Assembly: GCA_963665665.1 (NCBI GenBank) | Contig: OY762428.1 | Span: 2,688,001 to 2,752,000, forward strand | Direction of reading: 5' to 3' | DNA from: Candidatus Kapaibacterium sp. | Lineage (GTDB): Bacteria > Bacteroidota > Ignavibacteria > Kapaibacteriales > UBA2268 | DNA: 64,000 nucleotides | In this document: piece by piece, positions 29,376 to 38,100 of the stretch | Position numbering within the stretch: position 1 is the first letter of the stretch | Layout of the letters: every line of letters starts with the position of its first letter | Position numbers and translations under genes: made by a program | The notes under the pieces: generated by a model | The model's database searches: none | Told to the model about the DNA's origin: nothing | Seen by the model: the letters and a program-made list of their open reading frames with translations, nothing else

Positions 29376-31703
29376 TCAGAACTTCTTTACAAGGTCCCTG
29401 TCAATAACATATAATGCAATCTGTACTGCACCTTCTTCGGTATAATTGAATTTTTCTACAAGCTGGCTGATCATTCTTTCCGTATCACGGCGCAAACGGG
29501 AATCATAAGCTTTGAAATTATCAGTTCGGTAGTCCTGAAGTGCCCGGCGGAAATTACTGTTCTGAACATAAGGAGCAAGAGCGTTCTCTTTTATCAGCCT
29601 TGTAAATTTCTCAAACATGTTCCGGAATTGGCTTGTGTCACTGATGTCTTTGCCCTTTACGCGAATTTCCTCGGCAAGGGTTCTGGAAACATATTCGGAC
29701 CTGGTTTCCTCGCGGAATTGTTTTCTTCTAACGTCAGAGCTGGTAGTCCCGAGGAACATTGCCTCGAAATTCTTAAAGAAATCTTCGGTTATCTCCAGTT
29801 TTTCCCCGGTGAATTCGCACCTGACTTTGTCTCCTATTTCGAAATTAACGCCATAGATATAATTCAGGATATCCTCTGATATTTGTTCTTCGTTATAATA
29901 GTAAATAGCTTCCTTAACCTGTTGCAGAACGTCATAATCATATTTTCTTACAAGAGAATCAATAAAACCGTCGGGTACTTCTTCAAAATCCTTATCCTTT
30001 TTCTCTTTAAAGAATTCGCTGACGTTATCCATTGTTATCATCTTATCAGATTTGGAATACTTATTAAAGAAAGAACCGAAAACATTAATAGACTGCCTGC
30101 CGGAAAAGCCTTTTCTTCCTTCTGTTCCGGCGCTGTTGATAATCTGCTTGCGTGTATCACGGTCAAATTTCTTTACATCATCCTCAGAAAGCCAGTCAGG
30201 AATAATACCGGTGTAAATATCCATTTTCAGCAGCATGAAATATCTGTCGCAATACTTCGAGTATTTGTCCGGGCTGCCAAGCCATTTCCTGATTGATGGT
30301 GTTTCACGGTCAAGGCGTGAAGAAATAATCACCCGGGCGAAGTTAATAAGTACTCCGGGAAGGAATTTCTCGGGCATATCCTTGCGGAATTTGTTTTTAT
30401 AAATTTTTACTTCCGTATTGTAATCCAGCACATAAGGTATGCAAACAGTAATTATTCTGTCGCGGAAGGATTTAACGTTTTCATAGTGAACCTTATCCTC
30501 GGGGTTTACAAGCCCCATGAATATTGACTTGATCCTTTCCTCGATAAGCTCAACTTTATGCACACCGTCGCTGATAATACCGTGCAGGGATCTAAGTCTT
30601 TCAATATTGTTCTCTTTAATATCCATCAGGGCAAGAACGCCGTTGTTTGTTTTTGAAAGTGCGGAATAAATAAAATTAACATCATCAGTACGCAGAAGAT
30701 TGTTTATCATCCCTTCCAGGTTAGGATTGGTAATAGGCTTCCTGAATATCGGATCCCCCGGATTGAATACGCTGATTCCTTCTCCGAACTGCCTGTTAAA
30801 ACTGAACATTCTGGCATTGATCATTGAAAATACTTCAAGAGGATCCTCAAGAATATCAAGCAAGGTATTGTATATCGAATGGCAGATATTACATGGATTA
30901 TCCCTGAGAACCCATTGATATTCCTTGCTTTGGAATAGTTTTGTTTTAAATTCGCCATCGGGTATAAGTTCGTCAAGGAACTGTGCTCTGAAGCTTTTGG
31001 GAATCTGCAAAATCGGATGGTCATGCCTTGGGCATGAGAACTGAATATACTTCTGATGGTTCAACGGTGATTCAGGATCATCTTTATTAACCACTTCGGT
31101 AATTTCTTCGGCTACTTCCTTATTAGCATGCCTGCCCAGTTTATCGGTAAAATTCCTGAAACCGCCAAGGCGTTCAATATCCAGCCGCCAGTAAGTTTTA
31201 AAAATTGCACCCTCGCGTGTTTTGGTATAGTCTTCCAGTTTTTGAAGAAAATTATTGAGGAATGTACTTTTTCCGCTGCCGGGAGGGCCTTCGAAAAGAA
31301 AAATATGATTATGCAATGACACGGCACGGAACCTGTTTATAAGATTCATCAGCCTGTTTGCAAACAACCTGTCTGCAAAAAAAGGAGAATCACATTCATC
31401 CTCGAAAAGTGCTGATGTGTTGTAATTTTTAAATCCAATATTTTCCGAATGGTCCGGATATTCCTGAATACCTTCCGGAATATAGTGGTGTACCATATCG
31501 TAAAACAATTTAAAAATATCCCTTAGTACATACCCGGGCCGGGTGGAAGTTAAATACAAAAAATCATTGAATGGTATTGGCTGGCGGCGTTCCTTGTCGC
31601 GAAGGTTATTACTTAGGTGAATCAAAGCTTCAAGGCGTCTGCCCCGTTCTTCAAGTTCTTTATAATTCTGAACTCTGATTCTTCTTGTTCCAGACTTTTT
31701 CAT
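29376..31703 (-). CDS. Second PrkA-family AAA+ serine kinase
   Basis: Walker A GPPGSGKST, SCPRHDHP, IPYVLDY.TEVKIY and EGRKGFSGR motifs. Confidence 0.82.
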   Translation of the reverse strand: MKKSGTRRIRVQNYKELEERGRRLEALIHLSNNLRDKERRQPIPFNDFLYLTSTRPGYVLRDIFKLFYDMVHHYIPEGIQEYPDHSENIGFKNYNTSALFEDECDSPFFADRLFANRLMNLINRFRAVSLHNHIFLFEGPPGSGKSTFLNNFLQKLEDYTKTREGAIFKTYWRLDIERLGGFRNFTDKLGRHANKEVAEEITEVVNKDDPESPLNHQKYIQFSCPRHDHPILQIPKSFRAQFLDELIPDGEFKTKLFQSKEYQWVLRDNPCNICHSIYNTLLDILEDPLEVFSMINARMFSFNRQFGEGISVFNPGDPIFRKPITNPNLEGMINNLLRTDDVNFIYSALSKTNNGVLALMDIKENNIERLRSLHGIISDGVHKVELIEERIKSIFMGLVNPEDKVHYENVKSFRDRIITVCIPYVLDYNTEVKIYKNKFRKDMPEKFLPGVLINFARVIISSRLDRETPSIRKWLGSPDKYSKYCDRYFMLLKMDIYTGIIPDWLSEDDVKKFDRDTRKQIINSAGTEGRKGFSGRQSINVFGSFFNKYSKSDKMITMDNVSEFFKEKKDKDFEEVPDGFIDSLVRKYDYDVLQQVKEAIYYYNEEQISEDILNYIYGVNFEIGDKVRCEFTGEKLEITEDFFKNFEAMFLGTTSSDVRRKQFREETRSEYVSRTLAEEIRVKGKDISDTSQFRNMFEKFTRLIKENALAPYVQNSNFRRALQDYRTDNFKAYDSRLRRDTERMISQLVEKFNYTEEGAVQIALYVIDRDLVKKF

Positions 31704-31755
31704 GATATTATCTCTTAAGATTATTTTTTTCAGTTCATAATATTTCTGTATTAGA

Positions 31756-31779
31756 AACGAAAAGAACAGCTAAAAGTTA
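31756..31779 (-). promoter_or_regulatory. Candidate ECF-sigma promoter
   Basis: TAAC-N16-CGTT on the minus strand about 55 nt before the PrkA-like start. Confidence 0.45.
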
Positions 31780-31934
31780 TTTCGGCTAATCAGATATATT
31801 CATTTATTGAAAATACAAATTCTTTTAAATATTTAAAACAATAAAAGAAATAAATTTGTTGAATTTCTAATATTCAGACATCCGGAATCCACTTGATTTA
31901 TAAAGTCGTTATTTTTGATTATTCCAATTCACTC

Positions 31935-32183
31935 CCCGCAGCCCTCGCAGACAATGGCGGGCCTACGCAAACGTTGGCCATCACTGCGGGAAGCTTTGCC
32001 ATCGGCGCCGGATTTCCTGACCTTACAACTGATCAGAGGAATTATCAGAGATTAAATCCTCCAACCATCGGTGCTTATGAATACGGCGCAATTATCCCCA
32101 CGCTCGGCGAATGGGGCGTCATTGCCTTAAGCGTTTTGATGCTTGGCATGGGCGGCTGGTTTGTTTGGAGAAGAATTGTGTAG
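31935..32183 (+). pseudogene. 3' remnant of a choice-of-anchor-Q / IPTL-CTERM surface protein gene
   Basis: LADNGGPTQTLAI..GS.AI..G..TDQR..IGAYE, then IPTLGEWG, a TM helix and RR; no signal peptide or N-terminal body. Confidence 0.75.
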
Positions 32184-32711
32184 TACAATAGCAACTTTAT
32201 TATTATTACAATTGCCACGGCTTTAAGTCGTGGTTTTTTTATCCTTCTACTGTACATTAGTAAGCTAATATCTTTCCTTTTAATAGCATATATTAGAAAA
32301 TTATTTTTAATAACTCAACTTCCCGAGTTAAGTAAACCTATGGATAATAACATGCTAAGTATTAACAAATAATCGTATTTAAAGTTGCCCCACCCCTTTT
32401 TATTTCGTATATGGCAAATAGTGTCTATTTCGCTCAAAGTCCCACATTCTGTCGCGGCAAAGCGCCCGGGGCATTTCCGCCCCCGTCCGATGGAAATTAT
32501 GTGCCTTTGGAGTCTCAAACATGCCGGGCATAGCAAACCCTAATATTTAAAAACCAAATATTCACCCGGCAAAAGCAAACAGAGGCCCTTTCGGATCAAA
32601 ACATTGATTGAATATAGGGATCGAACGGACTAATAGAACGAAATTCTATATCAAAAAAGTGAAACTCTGTCTTTTCTGAGTAAAATTTTACCTGAAAAAA
32701 TGTTTTTGGAA

Positions 32712-33131
32712 GCACAAACCAACGCTAAAATGACACAAACCAAGGCTAAGACGACACGAACCAAGGCTAAGATGACACGAACCAACGCTAAGACGACACA
32801 AACCAAGGCTAAGACGTAACATGCCAAGACTAAGACGACACATACCAAGGCTAAGATAACACAAACCAAGGCTAAGATGACACGAACCAACGTTAAGACG
32901 GCACATCCCAACGCTAAGATGACATATATCAGCGATAATCAGGCTCTGGAGAAAGCTCGGGAAACACGAGGGAACGCTCGGAAAGCTTGGGGGAACGCTC
33001 GGGAAGCTCGGGGGAACGCTCGGAAAGCACGAGGGAACGCTCGGAAAGCTTGAGGGAAAGCTCGGAAAGCATGAGGGAACGCTCGGCAGGCACGGGGTAA
33101 TGCTCGGGAAGCTCGGGGGAACGCTCGGGAA
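32712..33131. repeat. 21-bp tandem repeat array with two consensus blocks
   Basis: 10 units of acacaaaccaaggctaagayg, one transitional unit, then 9 units of gcacgagggaacgctcggaaa-like sequence; 420 bp = 20 x 21. Confidence 0.9.
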
Positions 33132-33626
33132 GCATAAAACAGCGGGTTTCCGGCGCAGAAAATTGTTTCCAAAGAACATACAAACGGTATTAATGCCAAT
33201 AATATCATACATTTACATCAACAAAATCCTGTTTAGCAGAATTCCTATAGGGTGATGGCCCGCACCGCCGAAATATAATTACATCAGGGCGCTGATTTCT
33301 CCAAATTTGTTTGTTTTAAAGGCCCGGAGAATTATATAATTATTCTGCCGGATGGGGCAGGAATGATGAAATTTAAAAAAACACCCGCCAAATTAATTAT
33401 TCAATAGATATTGTGAGCTATTGAAAATTATATTAATTTGGCGAAAAGAATAATTTGGACGCTCTATAATGATCTATGATACTATCCAAAATATTGATCA
33501 CGGGGATGAACCCCAAAGGAAACTTTGGAAATTAATTCCCCAGCAATCGGCAGTGTATTTACTCTCAGGATTAGTCGGCATTGTTCTGCTTGCAAATGAA
33601 ATACAGAAACAGCTCGAGGGTGAAAT

Positions 33627-34118
33627 ATGAGTAATGAGATTATTTTCTATCAACCGGAAAAGGACTTTACAAAATTAGAAGTCATTATTGAAGATGAAAC
33701 CGTTTGGCTTTCACAGGCACAAATGTCAGATTTGTTTCAAACAACAAGAAACAATATTACACTGCATATATCAAACATTTTCAAAGAAGGCGAATTAAAA
33801 AAAGATATGGTATGTAAGGATTCCTTACTAACCACTCAACACGGTGCCATCAAAGGGAAATTACAGACCCGGAAAATAAAGATTTACAATCTTGATGCTG
33901 TATTATTTCGATGGGAATTTTTAGAAGAGGTGTTAAGCATTATTAGCAATATACACTCCCTTCAATATAATTATGATGATCTAAGTTATGAGCAATGGGA
34001 AGAACTGCGCCAATTTTTAGTTACTGGTGGAACAACTATTAAAAAGGAAACCCCTCATGAAAAAACTACTCTTAATCTTAATACTACCCCTCCTCTTCTC
34101 CTGTTCGGAGGAGGATGA
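33627..34118 (+). pseudogene. Truncated RhuM-family protein fused to unrelated sequence
   Basis: EIIFYQ, ETVWLSQAQMSDLF, ITLHISNIFKEGEL and YNLD match RhuM; similarity stops near 33900, where ISVGYRV is expected. Confidence 0.7.
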
Positions 34119-34836
34119 CGGACCATGGACACCATGCAAACCGATTTCAGACCTCGAAATTCCAAAGATAAAAGACTCAGACGTGATAATTCGCCACCTT
34201 GGATACACCCTATCCTATAACGAGCAACATGAACAGGCAAACTGGGTAGCCTACGTACTGACAAAGGAGGAACTCCAGGGGACAGTAGAAAGAACTGATG
34301 ACTTCCGTCCTGATCCGGATTGCCCGGAGGGATCTGCCGATGATGATGACTATGCGGGTTCTGGATATGACCGGGGACATCTTGCTCCTGCAGCCGATAT
34401 GGCTTGGAGCGAAACTGCGATGTCGGAATCTTTCTTCTATTCAAATATGTCGCCACAGGATCCCAGTTTCAAACGGGGAATATGGAAGAGGGTAGAGGAG
34501 GAGGTGAGAGGTATGCTTGATTACTGTGATAGCGTTTACGTCATCACTGGCCCTGTCCTGCGTGACGGACTACCAACTATAGGCCCTAATAATGTTAGTG
34601 TTCCGGAATATTATTTCAAAGTATTATGGATGTTCCGAGATTGTGAGTATTTAGAAATGGGGGTATTTCTGCTTAAGAACGAGAAAAACGACAGAGACGA
34701 ATGGCGCTATGTAAAAACTGTGGATTCTATCGAGGCTTTGACCGGAATTGATTTCTTCTATAAGCTTCCGGATGATATTGAAGACAAGATGGAAAGTGAA
34801 ACCTGGCAGGTGCCGGTAGATAGGATTGGGAAGTAG
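34057..34836 (+). CDS. Lipoprotein DNA/RNA non-specific endonuclease (NucA family)
   Basis: Lipobox LFSC; ANWVAY, YDRGHLAPAAD, SNMSPQ and VPEYYFKV motifs. Confidence 0.9.
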   Translation: MKKLLLILILPLLFSCSEEDDGPWTPCKPISDLEIPKIKDSDVIIRHLGYTLSYNEQHEQANWVAYVLTKEELQGTVERTDDFRPDPDCPEGSADDDDYAGSGYDRGHLAPAADMAWSETAMSESFFYSNMSPQDPSFKRGIWKRVEEEVRGMLDYCDSVYVITGPVLRDGLPTIGPNNVSVPEYYFKVLWMFRDCEYLEMGVFLLKNEKNDRDEWRYVKTVDSIEALTGIDFFYKLPDDIEDKMESETWQVPVDRIGK

Positions 34837-34933
34837 GAGCTAACGTCGGTATTACCGAGGTTAGGTAAGGGGTGAACGAAATGGGAACCCCTTTAATTAG
34901 GATAAAAATTATACTTTGAATATTGGAGTAAAG

Positions 34934-35125
34934 ATGTACGAATACAAGACAGAAATTGTTAAAAGAAAAAACTACAATTTTGAAAATCGTAGTATGAAAG
35001 AAAACAATCTTGAAGTAATCTTAAACAGAGAAGCCAAAGATGGCTTTGAATTCGACAAATCAATAAATATTTCCGAGAAAGAATGGATACTGATATTCAG
35101 GAAAGAAGTTAAAGAAGAAATTTAA
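34934..35125 (+). CDS. DUF4177-like small protein
   Basis: MYEYK...LEVILN.EAKDGFE...LIFRKE pattern. Confidence 0.65.
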   Translation: MYEYKTEIVKRKNYNFENRSMKENNLEVILNREAKDGFEFDKSINISEKEWILIFRKEVKEEI

Positions 35126-35168
35126 AGACAGTATTGACCACTACTCCCCGGCCACGCCGGGGATATTT

Positions 35169-38100
35169 CTACTCTTCCCCCTCAACAATTTTAATCTCTT
35201 CTTCCGTCAGGCCGTAGAGTTCATAGACCATCTGATCGATTTCTTTGTCGGTGCGGTCAATGATTTCTTTGATTGCCATGGCTTCTTTTTTTTTGGTTTT
35301 AAAAATTTCCATCCATTCCATTTCATCTAATTTGGAAAGTTTATTTCCAGAAGATTTTTTAACAGATTTATTTAATTCTTTAATGAAGTCTGAAAATTCT
35401 AATTTGTCCCAGTTTTTAAGTTTTTCCGATAATTTTATGTTAGTAAATGAACTCATTAAAAAAATTGTCAATATTTCAATTTTGCTGATATACTTACTTT
35501 GTAAATCTTGATATTGTTCTGATAATTTTGTGATTTTTGTATCAATATTTTTCGGCAAAGGTATTTTCTCTAAAAATTTATTTAAATATGAATAGTATCC
35601 GCCTTGTTTTTTTGTACTTATGGAATGCATGAAAAATTCAACAACTTTAGAATTTAAAAGTGCCAGAAGATAATTACTATCAATTTTATTTTGAACTAAT
35701 CCAAATACTCCAGCCCCTCCACATAAATATGTCATGCCTTTTTTATCTATAGCAAATCTATTCTCTTTACTAATACCAGGTGTCAATATTTTCATCGATC
35801 TAAATAAATCAAGTTTACCTTTTCTTATAAGTTTGTACCAATCAGATGAATTTGATAAGTTCTTTCGTGAATCCTTTCGCTTTTCCAGACTTTCCTTATA
35901 CTTCAGTAGGTAGGAATATGCATTAGGGAATTTTATTCTAAATTGATCTTCTGAAATCAATCTTGTTTCATTTTCAATAAGTTCATAAGGATAAATAACA
36001 TAATCTAAATTATCACTTACATATCCTCTTTTTAAATTTCGTCCTCTTACTACTGGTAATGTTATTCCCTTTTCAATATTATTATCAATATAATCTTGTT
36101 CAGTTAGAATAAATACTGAATCTAAACCAGATGTTAAACCAGTACAAGGATTTGCTATTTCTTTAAGTCTAATACAATTAGACTGTATCTTTGCTAATAT
36201 ATCTCGTTTTTTGGTATTTGAAAACACCCAAACATCATCTGATAATTCAGAAGGATCCATAAGTGTTGGTTTACTTGAATAAAGTTGCTCGGCACCAACT
36301 TTTGATAGCAGCCTATAATTAAATTGTTTAGCTTTCGAATTTTCAATAAGAATTACACCGGGGTAAGTTGTAGCTCCTTCAAACACTGCCAATCCATTAT
36401 AGTCAATAAATTCTATAATTCTTTTTGTTAAAAGAAAACCTCTAATTTTTCTACCATATTCAGCATTTAAAAATTGAATAGTAGTTATGTATGAAAGTAA
36501 GCCATTCTCTTTTAATTCCTTAATACCCTTTTCAAAAAACAATAAAGATATATCAATTCTTTTATGTGCAACAGAATAATTAGTTTTATAATAATCTATT
36601 TCTGAATAGTTTAAATTCTGTACCCTTACATACGGCGGATTACCAATAACAACATCAAAACCGCCCTTGTATTGGGGGCGAAATGCATTTTCCGGCAGGG
36701 TAAGAAATTCTTTTTTAATTTTATCTATCTCCCTGTTTTCCGGCATATTATGCTTAATACGGTTATCGCGTATATATTTAATAGTATTATATAAATGCTC
36801 TTCGCCGCTTATCTCGTTCTTTCCGTACTTCTGCGTCCACAGCTTGGTCTGCGTTACTCCTCTCGCCGTGGCCTTAGTTCCCTCCGAAGCTTCCGAACGG
36901 GAAGAAGATAGGGACGACGACCCGGGGGCGGACAGGGGACTATAGGAAGGGCTACTACCGGCGGGAAGATTCTCGGAGGAGAGACTACTCTCGGGTAGGG
37001 GATTCTCGGATAGAGGATTCTCGGAGAGAGGGTTCTCGGATAGAGGATTCTCGGAGAGAGGGTTCTCGGAGGTACTACCGGCGGGGAGACTACCCTCGGA
37101 TAGAGGACTTCCGGATAGGGGATTCTCGGAAGGGAGGGGATTCTCGGATAGAGGACTTCCGGATAGGGGATTCTCGGAAGGGAGGGGATTCTCGGATAGA
37201 CAAGGGGGCATGCCCCCTTGTCTACTATTAGATAGAGAGGAGAAAGAAGAAGAAAAAGAAGAGGAGGAAGTAGTAGTAGAAGAAGTACTACTCTTACTCG
37301 TTCCCGTCTCTTCCCCGCGTCTTTCGGCCTCCGTTCCGCTCGCGCGTTTTCCCGTCTCTTCTCCGCGTCTTTCGCTTCGGCTTTTCGGTATAGTATATCC
37401 TCTATCTATATTTCTTGCCCTCGAGCTTACGGATTTTATCTTTCCGACTATTTTCGATGTTTCTTCTGCCTCGCAAACTAATAGTAAATGGAGATGATCG
37501 CCGCATATATTATATTCTATTACTGTCAGGCCGTCTTCCTTAACGATTTTGGATATTGCCTTAGTTATTATTATCTCGTCTTCTTCGTCAATCCATTCTG
37601 CTTCCCCTGTTGCCACTTTATAATCGCGCATTCGTTCCGAATAACGGGAATTATGCGTTGCCGTGGTAATATGCCAGGCTTTCATATTTTTTTTAACGAA
37701 TACATCCGGGAACTCCTTCTCCCATTTAAAAGCTTTCTCTCCTGCAACTTCCGGATCATCAATAAGGGAATTACCACATTTAATCTTTGTATTCAGGGCA
37801 GACAGCTTCCTGCCTTTCTTCGCCGTCCTCAGCCAAAGAGACAACTTAGCGATCTCTACGGCTTCCTCGTTAATATCAACGCCATAGAGATTGTTTTCGA
37901 GAATATTGTTTTCAATTTCAGTGAAGACAATACCTTCGTTGAGCATAGATGATCTAAGTTTATCTATGTAGTGATGTTCCTCAATCAGGAATTCCAGTGC
38001 CTGATTTAAGAAAGCGCCGCTGCCACATGCAGGATCGCAAATAGTAACCCCGAGAAGCCATTCCCTGTATTCCTTCAGTTTATCATCAAGCTTTACAAGA

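Noticed and set aside
32651-33212. Four overlapping minus-strand repeat ORFs
   Set aside because: Same artefact of the 21-bp array.
36669-37697. Intein or self-splicing intron in the R-M gene
   Set aside because: No Cys/Ser start, no His-Asn end before Cys/Ser/Thr, and no LAGLIDADG or RT motifs; the motifs are those of a HUH transposase.
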